A DNA stretch of 55,956 nt, counting the filler, from Platydemus manokwari (Eukaryota), in NCBI GenBank assembly GCA_037951405.1. It is 5 parts of 5 records of this genome, joined end to end, with 100 filler letters (N's around TTAATTAATTAA, not from the genome) between each part and the next. Parts side by side here need not be neighbours in the genome. Positions count along the whole stretch, not along the records: positions 22,375 to 37,388 come from JBBMOY011361426.1; positions 37,489 to 46,391 come from JBBMOY011332316.1; 3 more parts are not named here. One strand, given 5' to 3'. The notes beneath the pieces were generated by a model, which searched no databases, had not been told where the DNA came from, and worked only from the letters and a program-made list of their open reading frames with translations. Shown piece after piece: positions 23,470 to 37,740 of the stretch (the first letter of the stretch is position 1; each line of letters starts with the position of its first letter). A program made the position numbers and the translations under genes.

Positions 23470-25706
23470 CGAACTGAAAGTTTCGTTTTGCCGTTATTTT
23501 ATTATTATGTCGTTAAAATTTATTCTCCATTAATATGTCTCTTCATTAGTCTTTCTCTAGAAAATAAAACGTTATTTATTATCATGGTGAAATTCTTGTT
23601 TTTTATCTGTCTAGATTTAGAATTGAAACTGTAACTAAGTGATTTCTAATGAATATATCTGTATATCTTTAAATTTATTGACTTAATTATCATTTTTATG
23701 TTTCGGATAAAGATATTTTTAGAAGTGTTTTCGATTTATGATTATTATTTCAATGCCTCCATAGGAACTTTGATAATTAGAATGATAACTGAAAAATTAG
23801 ATTAATTGTAAAGCATATAACTTCATATATACATGCTCATTTTATCTTACCGTGAATTGTAAATTGACTGTGCTCTTTTGAGTGTGATTTTGAGTGCAAA
23901 TTTGATTTTAAAGTGTAATTTTGTGATTCATAATTTGTGTTTTAATAAAAATTGCGACACAATTAGAAGAAAAGAAAAAAAAACTTTATATTGTGACTTT
24001 ATGTATGATCGGATTTCATTTATGGATTGATATCTTAGATGTATCTGATTGATTACTGGCATGTGTGCTCATCGTGTCTGTGTGTATTAACACTTCTGTA
24101 ATCTTCACTTTACCAAGATTTTAAATAATTTAAATATATTTATCTATATTTATAAATCTATGCCCGATTAAGAGTAGCAATGACAAACGCTCTGCAAATT
24201 TGTTCAAGAAACATTTGATTTGTTTGTGAAAAAACATTTATTTAACCACCATCTTTCTATTTAAAAATTTCAGCGAGAGAAGCCTTCTACGTAGAAATTA
24301 AGCAGTGGAGACGTCGACCACATCAATAGACGGTGAAACATTCAGATATCTTGTGTGTCACTTCTCAACTCTAGTAGAAAATGCATTCGGACGAAAAGTT
24401 GAATGACCGGCTCAAACATGAAAAGTTGTCAAGGATCAATTTTAAAAGGAGCTCATGACCATATCATTACAGTATTCAGTCTCACCGATTACACTGAGCT
24501 CATAAAAATGTAAATCATCGGATTGTAATTTGGAATTTCTAAAATAAGGAAATTTGATTGAAGTCTATGGAGAACACGTGAATAAAGTCATGAACAGTAT
24601 ATCTTACGAACACATACGTAAGAACAAGATAAAAGTCATTCAAGTTAGTACAAAGCTAACGTCAACTGTTCTGATGTCAACCTATAAATTTATATCTTCA
24701 ATAAAGTTTCAAAGTCAAAATAAGTTGAAATTCAAAAGATGTAGATTGTAAAGCTGAACTCAGAAATTTAATAACTATTAAATAAAATTACTTAGGAGTG
24801 GTTGACAATCAATTTTGTATTCCTTTAGTTGCTTTCAATGGTCAGACATTATGTTCCAGCAGCGCTTTCTGTAAAATATTAACGCATTTTCAAAATTAAA
24901 AATCAGAAATAAGATGTCAGTAATTCAGCCGTAATTTTTCCGATTTTGATTTTATATTAGAAATATCTCTGAATTTTAATTGTATCCAAAAATTACTTGT
25001 GGCCATGGTGCTCTTATTTGATCAAAATAGAAGTTGTAAAACTATTATAATAATTACTGATAAAGTGTTTTTAATAATTAAACAAGTTCAGTTGATAAAG
25101 AAAAATTTAATCATGAACTAAAATTGTTAATTTCAAACTTTAACGAAGTCAGAAAATGCATAAGTGAAATATTATAAGAAAGTTTTCCGAAAATAATTCT
25201 AATTTAAATAACTAAATATATTGGTGAGGACAAATAAAGAAACTCTTAACTCTATTGTGCATCACAAACTGACATCTAGATGCCTCTGGTTTTATATTTC
25301 AATAATTCTATGACGAATCATCACAAAATTGAAGTAAATACATAAAATATGCACTGGTATGTTGACAAGTGTTCAATTTGAGGTCTCTTTGTAGCTGCAA
25401 TTATAATATCATAAAATAAACAAGTAAATTCGTGATCATAACTTTATTGAAAATAGAAAAATTACAAGCGCATTAAAAAAGCAAACTATTTACCAAATGC
25501 AACGGTCGGCGACTTTTGCAACACTAATATAATTTTATAAATGATATGATATCAATGGTTGATAAGAATTAACGACCGTTAATTAATTTTCTCGCTTAAA
25601 ATTTGTCAATACTTTTAAGATCTATTACAGATCTTGTTATAGTTTTAACTTTTAGAAATGCTATCAAATAAATTGTATTGAAAAATAATAAAAATAAAAA
25701 TTCGAT

Positions 25707-26100
25707 TGGCAACCCCAGGTGATTCCAGTCATAAATACAATGTAACAATAATCAGTGCAACTTATTCCTTATCTACAACAAAACATCACAAATTTACAAA
25801 AAATATGTTATTAGTGGTGAAATTTATCATTTATCGTTTAACATCAACAATAATAATGAAGTATTGGATAATCGTATTCATACAGATGAAGAATAGATTT
25901 CTGATATAGAAATTATCTAAAAATCTGCTGATAGCGAAACCAGTGATTGCACATTTATCGACACAGAACTATACAGCTTCAATAAGATGGACAATGACTA
26001 CAACAATTAATTACAAAAATTGCTAAATTAGCTAACAACTCTATATGAAGGTTGGTGGAAGACGTAATAACGAGAATAATCAAGGAATTATTATAAAGGT
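25707..26100 (+). mobile_element. Possible Gypsy internal remnant (PBS-like site + aspartic-protease-like trace)
   Basis: TGGCAACC at 25707 and SADSETSDCTFIDTELY at ~25925-25975. Very decayed. Confidence 0.25.
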
Positions 26101-27195
26101 AAAATAAAGAAGAGAACTACTTCAGAAAGAAAAATATCAATAACAAGGTAAATGAAAAGATTTTTTCCAAAAACTGTTCAAAAGAGATACATTTAGAGAT
26201 TAAAATAGTAAAAGGTTTGGAAATAACAAAGGTAAACTAACTTTTTCAGTCAAACTTCTTTCTGTAAATCCTCTTCAATTATCCAGATCTTTTATAATAG
26301 TTTCTTTAATTTTACGATTATCAATGAAAGTATTATTATCTTCCATCCTGGTATATTTTTACGATCTTGGATAGCTGTGATAAAATTTGATATACTCTTG
26401 GTCCTTCAACAGTCATGTTTCTCCAGTTTTAAATCTAAGTTTTAATTCCTAAACAACTTTGTTTTATTTTCAATTACTATTTTTATTTCTTCACATTTGT
26501 TCCCACTATGACAGAAAACAATTAACTCGCTTTTACTTTCTGTCACGTAACTACTAATACCAACTATCCATGTAGTCTAATGTATTTATCGTAATATTAT
26601 TAGGAACTCTACTTGATATCCTGTCATTTTTCATGTTATTTGAATTTTTTCTTGCATCGATATTTTATAATACTTTTCTTTCTTGTACTTTACCAAAGGT
26701 TGTCCATATTTCAAATACAATCGTATATCGGTGTATATATAAATATAACTATGATTCTATATACATTTGACTCTTTATTATAGGATATTGTTAACAAATA
26801 TTTATAATTGGATTAGAAATTACCTGTATTAGTTGAAATGATATTATTGTTTTTGGTTACTATTATTGGGGTTCTGGCCCAACATTTAATTCACAACAAT
26901 TAATATACATTCTAAAAATATGTGTATACATTTGCATGACAATACGTGTAAAATGTGCATTAATTTGTATTGAATTAATTTTTATTTAATCGCCATGTAT
27001 TTTTTATTTTTTGACAACTCTTGAAATTTTTGAGAAAAAACTACTTTGAAATATTGGTATTTAAAATAATTATTTTTTATATTTATATTTATATTTTATA
27101 ATAATAATACCAGTAAAAGCCACCAAGAGCAAATAAATCGAAATGCCCTGAAATAATAAATTAATTTACAAAATGTTAACATGAAATAATATATC

Positions 27196-27516
27196 GCGAA
27201 CTAACTCTGGAAAACAGATTGTCATCGTTGAAAATTTTATCACAGAATAAAATAATCACTCGATTAAATTTAATCAAGAGATGTTTTCTCTGTCTTATAA
27301 ATATTTTCAGAGAGAATTTCACTACCAGTGAATAGATTCCATCGATCAAATAATAAATTCAGTGGCATTAGATTTAATCGCAGAGAATATTTGCGAGTGA
27401 TTTACTGCTGCTTATATAAGGCAGTAATCGCAATCAACACGCCATTATTTTCACTGCCATGTTTCTCGATGACAAATTTTCACTGCTACGGTTATACGAA
27501 GACACGTTAGTTTGCA
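27196..27516. mobile_element. Possible decayed MITE
   Basis: Nested inverted motifs GCGAACTAAC/GTTAGTTTGC and TTGTCATCG/CGATGACAA. Confidence 0.3.
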
Positions 27517-28801
27517 AAACAAACCAGTGCACAGTGGAAGATGTGTTTTACTAGATGTCCCCTGAGTAAGATCACTTCTTGTAAAATACTTATCTATATT
27601 ATATATCGTATCGTTTTACGTTGTTAAAGATTACTGGGATTTATTTTAGTAATGATAAGCTCAGACTACAAATGTGCAATTTGTTAAAAGATATAAATTA
27701 ATATTGTAGTTTTATCAAAAGGATTTTTAAATTACGTTAAATAGGTTCCCAAATGTATTTACCCTATTTCTTCAACTTATCTGGACTCCAAATAGATAAC
27801 AGGTTGTCGTCGCTTAATCGTTCTTTTATAATAAAAATAATATTTAAATATATAGAATGATAAAATAAAATATAGTGTACAAATGCAAAAATAAAACAAA
27901 ATAAAATATATTAATCGACAATTTAAAATCTGAATACAAACAATTTAAAGTACTAAAGGCAGTGTTCGCTATTGTGGGAGCAAAGAGTGTTAGTCAAGTG
28001 ATTAGCATGGGGCGTACCTCTTAGGTGCTCGGGTAAGCATCTCCTGACAAAAAGGAAGGTGGGGAACTTTGAAATAGAACTTATAGAAGTTTAGTAGACC
28101 TCAAGGCTAAAACTAGCCAAGGGTCGAAAATTTATTGAGTAGCTAAAAAATGTACTTGTGGGATGCATCATTAAAATCTTCAAATCAAAATTGGCATACA
28201 AAATTAGCTTCAGAATGGTAAAATCTGCTCATCAAAATCGAATAAAATAATTTATTTTTAATTTGTAAATAAGTCATTTCGAAGTGTTTCGTAATTGTGC
28301 TTGTGAAAATTCATACAATTTATAACTGCAATTAGTCGAAGTTTGAAGTGCAATGGTTTTCTGCCAGTATTTATACTATTTTATGTCTTATTGTGAGTCA
28401 TGTATCTTGTTTCTATTTTTGGTAACATTCTATGCTTAGTAGCATATGTTGCTAATTTTAGTATATGTACAGCATATGCTACTATTTTAGTCCTACTGTC
28501 TATTTATAGCAACTAGTGTTGTTATTTCCGTGTTGAGTTCATCACAGGATGAATCTATTTTTAGATATCGATGCAGATTTTCCTATTGACCTTAATATCG
28601 ATTGATTTAGATGCAGTATTAGATGCATTATTATTATATTAATTTGAGACTTAATTTGAAAAAAAAATTATATCAATTTATATTTATTTTTTGCTTTGGT
28701 TGGATCAAAATGGATCGGTTAGTCCCTCACAATATCATATTACAGAGTTTGTCGCTCAAAAGTCTTGAAAGGTATTAGGTTCCACTCCAAGAGAAGGAGT
28801 T

Positions 28802-29266
28802 TGTTAACCGTTCTTTTTTCCAGAAGTTGTTAAGGCCCGTTATAAGTGTAACTTGATGTATATTGTAGTATTCAACTCATTTGTAATTTTATGTTATTAT
28901 TGTTAATCAGCTTTTGTATTGGTGTCATTATCAATAAATATTTGTAATAACAAGTTTTATTTCTTATTCATATAGGAATCATAAATCATTATTCTTAATC
29001 AATGTTATAAACCAAGTTAATAATTTTAAATAGGATTATAGTTTATACAATATGAGACTGATAGTTAAGTTCATTAAAATATATCACTACTGCCACACGT
29101 ATTGTATTCACACAATAAGGCTGTGCGATGTGAAGTAACATGAACATAAAGTAGATTACACTTGTGGCATTAATCAAGAGCTCATAGAGACTGATTAAGA
29201 CAGTAGTGGTATCAAATAGGATTAAGCTTAGTAAAACAATAAAATCAATAAGGCCCGAACGTAACA
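28802..29266 (+). mobile_element. 3' LTR (~465 bp) preceded by a polypurine tract
   Basis: AAGAGAAGGAG PPT, then TGTTAACCGTTC...GAACGTAACA (inverted termini). AATAAA near the end. Second partial copy at 22375-22489. Confidence 0.65.
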
Positions 29267-30714
29267 CTATTTCTTCGTATACTACAAATGTTGTATATTT
29301 CGAACCATTCACTATTATTGATTGACTTAAGGAATAATCTTTTTTAAGGAATTAGATTTCTATTTGGATATTTTCGTTTTTATATTATTGATTAAGATTG
29401 GCAGTAATTGAAATGTCTTGAAAATCCTTGAATAACAAATCATTCAATAAACTTCTCAATGACGAATTTTCTCTATTCTATTCTGTTGTCCATTGGTAAT
29501 TTGTCAATCTGAGGTGATTTTACTTGCACTGATGTTTCATGAACATATTTAATATGTGGCTCTTTATGCGTTAAGGGTGTTTTCTCAAGCTCTACCCCAT
29601 CAGTTGACGTTTTGGTGTTCATATTATTTTAGGCTGTTGGCTCGATAATGGTTGGTTGTAGGATTTGCATTTCCTGTGCTTGACAGTTTGTATTAGTTCC
29701 CTGTTTATCGTATTTTCGTACCTCATCGTCATTATTTTGACACTGATGACCAGTTTGGTTTTTCTCTCTTTGCTCTATTTAGCTTTGGTTCTTTTATTCC
29801 AAGTCTTTACTCTTGGATCGATTAGGCTAATTATGGCATGTTTAAGGTCCCTTATGTTGGGATTTGGTTATCCACATTTAGTACACTCTATTTTGAACGT
29901 GATTACATTATCATTACTGACATCAGTGGTCATTAATTTGTTCGGAATACTGGTTTGATTTTTAGTAACATTAGTACCTTTGTTTCTCATTTTCAGCTTG
30001 TCGAGTAGTTCCTGCCAGTCGATCTGTTAATTATCCCATATCATGTATATATATATATTACAAACTCTACTAAAATATTAAGAAATCAAGGTAAGTTCTC
30101 ACGTTCACGGTGAGATAACTGCACCAATTGTAACTATTTTAATTTTGTGTCTATTATAATTAAATAAAGTTTTTTATTTATACGTGTTGTTTATTGATTC
30201 TTACATAGAAAACTGATATAGGGAACTCACGCTGTTGAGTTGAACACAAACGGCAAAAACATCATACACAACTCAACAATAATATTGATATTTTTCATGA
30301 ATATCGCTACTTAGGGTGCATTTTGACTTACCATTTGGACATATACGTAAGAAAAGTAACAACAAATTTTGAATAAACGTGTTGATGGCGGTAAACATAG
30401 CTACATTCATGAAAGTACTTACAAATATAATCTGAGTTAATTGTAATTGATAAAATAAAATTACTGTTGAATGAAATAAATATTTCAATAACCTATTAAG
30501 TGCACCGATATCGTTAAGGTGTTGGCAATGAATATCCTTTTAATGGTAAATGTACTCCTAAACATTCAAAATATAATTTGCCAAATATTGAATATAACCC
30601 TAACCCTTAATATATTTTATTTTGTTCTGGTTTTGAATTTGTTCACTATATTTTATTTTATTATCATATATATATATTTAAATATTATTTTTATTATATT
30701 AAAAGAGCGATCAT

Positions 30715-33700
30715 GCGACAACAACATCTTATCTATTTGGAGTCCAGATAAGTTGAAGATTTGAAAGCAAACTTGAAAGCAACTTTCAGACAAACTCTGA
30801 TGGATTACTAGATCACTATGACCAGAATGGATTGAATCGATTTCGATTCTATACCGGGAGATTCTCTCACAAATCCCGAACTAATGGAGAGTCGGCAAAA
30901 CCAACTATGGTTTTGTCCAATCCCATTTATCAAAAAATTATAAAACACAAGAAATTACTTATGCGTCTCTTCTCGATGAACAGCACCAAAAAGAGCTACT
31001 GAACGCAGAAATTTCGGAAATGAAATGCAGAAATGAAATAACGGAACAAAGCAACGATATCTAAACACGATTATCTCACAACGTCCAGGCAGAACGAACT
31101 TTTATTGAGAACCCTAAAAACGTGTCCAAATTTTACAAAAAATCAAACTATGCTCCACTACAACAAAATTTCAATGGGAATCAAGTACTTGCACGGCAAC
31201 AAAAAGCACAGCTCGAAAAATCGAACAAAGAATAGTTTTCAATGGCCTGCAATACATCAAATGTGGGTGTGAAGATTGTACAAATTCTTTCAAAACGGAT
31301 ATATGCCAAATAATAAGCACGGTTACAATCAGCAAATTACCAACAAATGAACTCCTTTATGAGAACTCCGAAAGGAGCCACAGGATAAATGTGCAATATT
31401 AAATTCCACCCAGTAATATAAGATCTCCCACATCAACTTATGCACATCTCCGCTCTAATGGTATGCTCCTGCAAACACTGCTACCAGACTGCCCTGGGCA
31501 AAATCAAAGAAATATCTAATAAATGGAACAACTTTGAAAAATATTTTCACATTCAACTAAACATTGTTGAATCCTCCACTGTGGCCAATCAGGAATGTGA
31601 ACAAATAAGCCTAGAAAGCGAGAATGACGAAACAGAAATCGTCGAATTGATAACTGTCAGAACTCCCCAACACAAAACAAAATATCTCGGACAAATATTA
31701 ACGGATAACGATATCGACGATATCATTCTATCACAATCTTTAGAGGGATCAATGACATACCCTTATACTCTATTGGACTGTGGCAATCACCAAACACAAG
31801 AAATTGAAAACTCATCAACGATACAAACCCCAACAAACTTCGCTCGAAGCCAAATCGAAATAATTCAATGCTTATCGAAACTATATGGAGGGGCTACACA
31901 TACTGATACCTATATGACTCTAGTAGACGAAAAATCGCTTAATGTAATCTATGCCCCAAATTATACCGATTTCCATTTGCCAACACTATTATTGTGCCAA
32001 AACACTTCAACCAAGCGCACAATATCAATCTTCAATCGGAATTCGCAATACAATGCTATGTTGGACAAGTAACAGGTTTCAAATATCACTTCCAATTTCA
32101 CAAACCACATCCAACCAGCTCAGAGCACTCCACTGACATCGATGCACTCCCTTTGACCACCGAGGACCTGACATCACAATGACTATCGAGTGGCGCAATA
32201 GAAGCCTACCTGACCAACAAACTATCAGATATGGACTCCAACGTTTTCATCAAACCACAACCTGCCAAAGCGATTCAGAACAACGATTATGATTCGTTTT
32301 ACAAGTCATTTTTTTCCACAAACTAGCAACTTGGAGATGTGCTTTTGGTTAATTTACTAGAATAACTCCCATTGGAACTTTTACATCGCGGATCGCAACA
32401 AACAAAATACATTCTTTATCGACTCGGCAACGAAGCACCTAATGAAGCAGCCAATCTCACACAAATGCTTAAAATTGGCCAATTCAACACCTGGAAATGA
32501 CGGAATAACTTACAAAGAATGGAAATCAATAGATACCCAGGACATCATCTTCCAGTCACTTTACAACTGGATACTCCGGACCAAATCTATACCAAATCAA
32601 TGGAAAGGGTGCAACACAAGCCTCCACATTAAACCGGGAAAACAATCTACCTTCCACATCATTGCATCATGGACGCCAATCGGTCGAAAGGACTCTTCTT
32701 ACCGGATTATCACCACCATACTTAACATTCGCTTACTCAAATGGATCGATGCCAGCAACCTACTATCTACTAATAAAAAATCCATGTTCGCATCGGATGG
32801 TTGCGCTGAACACAACGCCTACAAGGACATGTATATATGCTGGATTGATTTCAAAGAAGTCTTCCCAAGCCTGCCTCACAACGTCATATGGTTTACCCTC
32901 AACAAGATGGGATGTAATACTCACTACATCAAGATAATTCAAACCATATATGAGGACTGCAAATCAACTTACACCCGTGGAATACTGAAAACACCCCAAA
33001 TTCCTATTTACCAAGTAGTCAAACAAGGTTGCTCATTGTCAATGACCGTACTCTGTTTATCAATAGATTTTCTATTGCGCTCGTCTGCAAGCTTACCGGA
33101 ACCACTGAACGTCTACGATAGCCAATGCTCAACATTGGCCTACGCCGACGACATCGTCATCATCGCAAACTCTGGAGACAACTTGGAAAATAGGACCAAT
33201 TATCTGGCACACCAATCAAATTGTATCCAACTCACCATCAATACATCAAAATGCGGATACTTTGCAAAAATCATCAGAAATCGTATTGACCTAACAACCT
33301 TCGACTAGCCAATACCAATCGTGGACTCGGACAATCTATACAAATATCTCGGGGTGCCTTTCAGATTTCCAAAACGAACATCAGTGGATCACATACTGAA
33401 ACCAATCGTCATGGACTTCGAAGCGATCGCAGAATCCAGGTTGCATCCTTCGCAGAAGTTCTAGGCCTACAACATCTTCCTACACTCAACATTGCCATTC
33501 CACCTCAGAATCCAACAGGTCGAAACCACAAAATTAGATTCAAGACCATTAATAACAGACCAATACGGATAATCAGTCCAATGCTTTGTCAAGAAGATTC
33601 GCCAAATCTCCAAAAAAACAAGGTTTTCCACAACATCGGCCTAGACAAAACGCAGATTACACACATTGCAGGCTTCCTGATTGCAACACTATTAAAAGAT

Positions 33701-33945
33701 GCATTTACAACATATAAAGCACACACTAATCAACGGAAACTTAAGCCACTATCACGGACGAGGACCTTCAACCAACTGAGCACAACAACTACGGATTGAT
33801 AGATATCTATCGAATGAAACGTGAGAAAACTGAGCAAAGAATCTCGAAGAATGAATCATTGAAAAAATGCAACTGTATATAATTTATATTGATGTGAGGA
33901 CATGTGCCACCGCATCGCTAAAAAAATAATGTTTATGTGAAATAA
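30715..33945 (+). mobile_element. NeSL/R2-type non-LTR retrotransposon with Ulp1-like protease and RT, internally deleted
   Basis: C/A-rich block. LTSQ*LSSGAIEAYL and NSHWNFYIADRNKQNTFFIDS (C48-like). RT motifs STPGNDG, WIDFKEVFPSLPH, VKQGCSLS, LAYADDIV, KYLGVPF, SRLHPSQKF. Confidence 0.85.
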
Positions 33946-36839
33946 ATCTTGGTTTTGTATTATATTATTTAGTGTAACTACAAATTTTATTATAGAAGGC
34001 AAAATGCAATTTTTGAGCGACCCTGAGGACTAAAATAAAAATAATAAAGTAAACTTTTTTAATACAAAAAAATTTGAACACCAAAAAACTAAAATATATT
34101 TAATAATAATGATTTTGCACATTCTGGCATAAAACTACAAATCTTGGCTCTATTTCAGTGATGGCTGGTCTGAGTAAAAATTCCGGATCTTTAAAATTCG
34201 ATCGATATTTTGTCTTAATATAAGTCAGTTTCGAAAATGAAATTTCTCGAGATCCTCAAATATTTTTTCGCTCCCCCTTTTGAATCAAAACTGCCGCTTA
34301 AAAAGAATAGAGATATTTGTGATTCAATAATAAAATCACAAGTCATGTACACGTATTAATAGAAGTACATAATATAATTCTGAAATAGAAATTAATTAAA
34401 AATCTCTGAGCGTAAGCAATAATTCAATAAGTAATGACAGAAACAGGATTTGACAGTTGCTTGGAGATAATTTGGAGAATAATCACATGTTTAGCTGATA
34501 ACATATATTCAAAAGGATCCAACACTCTTAAGACACACAAGTGATCAATGATAGAGTTAAACGAGACTTAAGAGATAATGTTCATGGAGTATGATTTGCA
34601 CATAAATGTTAAAATTACAAAAAAATTTAATGAAATATTCATCATCACAAATAATTAGTGTAAAAAATTACGTAAATTCATTTGATAAAATATAACATTT
34701 TACTAAATATGGAAATTGAAAATAAATTATTTATTAACAAAAGACATTTCGGATAATTTTTCAGATAAACTGCATTTGGTAACAAAACACTTCCCTTATT
34801 AATTTTCGCGAACATTTGGTTTACATCGAATATTGTTTCATCTTCAAAATTTAAATGACAATTCATATTTTCAAACCATAACTCGAAATTTATTTCATTA
34901 ATTGTCTGAAATCAACAGTTTTAATGATTTTTTAAAATAAGTATTTTTTAAAAAAATACAATCAAGCATTGTGGATCTTCAAATAAGCAAAGTTATTTCC
35001 GGAAATAATTCATCGAACAATACATTTTACATAGGTAAAAACGATGAATAGTTTAAACATGATTTATCAAATTGTTAATATCAAATATTACCATTTACTA
35101 GAATCATTTCAAATTATGATTTAACATTAGTTGGATGATTTAAACATTATTTATAATGTCTTACATAATATAATTTTTGTTAGAAAGTAAAAATATATTT
35201 TTGTGCACAAAAAACTACTGTACAAAACTTTAATAAATTTGCATAATATTAATTATTTAGTATTAGTTGAAAATTAAATATAACAACATTCATTAAGTAT
35301 TAAACAAATTTTATCATGCCAATATATGACACTTTAATTTGTGAAACAAATCGACTGATTCTAATATTAATTGAGTTAATGATTTAGAAATATTAGAGCA
35401 GATTAAAATAATAATTTATAAAACAATAAACAATACAATAATAATGGCATTATTAAAGTCTCAAAAACCGTGTTTCTAACTCAGAAATTTAAATATGAAT
35501 ATTCTTTATCTAATTGGAATAATGTTATCAATCTCTATCAATTTATAACAACGCTTATCAATTATAATTTTATGATTAAGAAATATAAAATTCGAGGCAT
35601 TCATATGTCAATTATTGGCTCATAACAGTGTCAAGCTTAAACAGCTTCCTCATACATTTTCAAAAATATATTTTGTTATTTATGATGAATTAATATTTAA
35701 AAGCTGTCTTGTAAAATTTTTTATTTCTGTATTTTATGATATATAGAAAATCCACGATCATTGTCCGTATTGAAGTTATTTTTCATAAATTTAACTTCAT
35801 AATCAAAAACGTTTATTATCCGTGCTATACATTACTATATATTAATAATTATTTCAGAAGTTTATTATATTTTTTATAATGAAAAATTCATGGGGAAATT
35901 GATAGTAATATCCTTATTATTCAAATTTATATTAAAAAAGGGAATTGAATGTTCGGCCCAAAAATTGACTTTCAAACACACATGCGGCATTGTAACATAA
36001 ATAATAAATGCCATCTGAATAAAAATAAAACAATTTTTCAACAGAAAAAAAATAAAGAATTGTAATCGAAACCAAGCTTTCAAATGTTGCCAATGTCGCC
36101 CATTAGGTTGAATATTTTTAAAAAGTAAATTACAGCCCACCACTTTAATTGTAAAGAGTTTATAACTATATATAATTGTATAAACACAATTTTATTGATA
36201 AAAATAATTTCTGCTAAAAGACGTTATACAATAGTTTAGCTTCTTCGATGTAATGTAATAGTAGGCCATTATCACAATGCTCTTCAAATAAACCTTTAAC
36301 TTTCAAAATATTCATATCATATCAAATAAATATCTCGATTTCTCGATTAATTCCGATCTGAAATTTTGACGCAGCACTTTTTAACAATTTTCATGTAATT
36401 TTATATTTTATCATCATTTATTAAAAGACAGATCTTAATTTATTTTCAGAATTAATATCTTTTTAATTTCGTCTTTATTTTGTAAAATTATTGAAGATAT
36501 TATTGACTTTATGAGAAATTTTAAAAGAATTTTCTTTGACTAAAATTAGTTGTCATGACTTAATTTTAATCAAACTAAATAATACTTCAATTGTATAAAT
36601 AAGTTCATCAAATAAACGATATATGAATCAAATCGAATTTCGTCATTAAAGTGAAGAGGAAAATAATGAAACTCCTTAGATCTATATAGGATAAATACAC
36701 AGCATAAAACAGACAAAAAATTAAATTCTAATTTTTATTAGTCTGAAAAATAATGGATAAAATTGAAACATTTTAAATGGATAAAACATTTTATAAAAAT
36801 TAGCAACATTTAATCAAGAATTCACTCAATATTGTTCCA

Positions 36840-37388
36840 ATGATAGATGTCATTCAGAGAAGCACGATTCATGGTGTTAATCACATGTACATGTTCTGTG
36901 TTCCACAATCACCTGTAAAAATCGATGGAGATTCTCCTACTTCTCATTATTGGAATGAAACAATCAATAAATGTAAAGGGACGATTGAATATTTGCATGA
37001 TCAAATAAAAGTCTCGTCGCCAACTATTAAAGATAACATTGAAAAAGCTACGTTGATGTCGAGCATTGAACCAATGAAATTGCAAACAGGCAATTATAGT
37101 AATTTGATCAAGAAAGTGAAAATTTTCAATTCATATTCGACTAAATGATTTTCCGGAGATTCCATGAATTTCGAATATAGAACTTTCAGAGATTTGAATT
37201 CAATATTTACAAGTTGTTGGTATCCAATACCTTACAATGTTCCTTGTCACACATTTAATTTTGATAAAGCTAAACACATTAAGAAAGCTAATATACAAGC
37301 ATTAGAATTTTATTTGGCATTGAATCATGACAGCTATAAGCTGTTTAATGCGGTCAGTAAAATTAGATCGGTTCATTTGTATCTCAAT
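36840..37388 (+). pseudogene. DEG/ENaC paralogue, 5' part, lacking TM1, with stop + frameshift; runs into the gap
   Basis: QRSTIHGV (pre-TM1 HG motif), then directly MFCVPQSP. Stop at 37146-37148. The next frame gives FTSCWYPIPYNVPCHTFN...LEFYL..N.DS.K.FNA...IR.VHLYLN, aligning with 22490-22690. Confidence 0.8.
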
Positions 37389-37488
37389 NNNNNNNNNNNN
37401 NNNNNNNNNNNNNNNNNNNNNNNNNNNNNNNNTTAATTAATTAANNNNNNNNNNNNNNNNNNNNNNNNNNNNNNNNNNNNNNNNNNNN
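37389..37488. other. Assembly linker
   Basis: N44-TTAATTAATTAA-N44. Confidence 0.97.
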
Positions 37489-37740
37489 TATTTTCTTATG
37501 AGTTATGCTTCTTCAAATATGTGCATGAAAATCGGACATTTCATATGGGACAACCTAATATTAAATGAGATATCGTGAGTTAGAGATTGATGTTTTCACC
37601 AATATCTGAAAATTTACAGATTAATAGGTTGCGTGTAGAGAATATATATAAATATTAATAACAATAACAACATAATAGAATACCCTATTATAATAATAAT
37701 TGGCAAATGTGTTGTGCAATCAATTTTAGAAAGAAGAAGC

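Noticed and set aside
24430-24620. Integrase zinc-finger-like ILKGAHDH
   Set aside because: A single short motif with no convincing downstream HHCC or DDE residues.
30273-30764. Hydrophobic ORFs rich in I/L/F/N (also 7343-7580, 19997-20182, 43075-43294, 53478-53720)
   Set aside because: Expected from AT-rich non-coding DNA; several lie inside repeats.
22490-37388. The two ENaC pieces as halves of one mis-ordered gene
   Set aside because: They overlap in homologous sequence with many substitutions, so they are paralogues.
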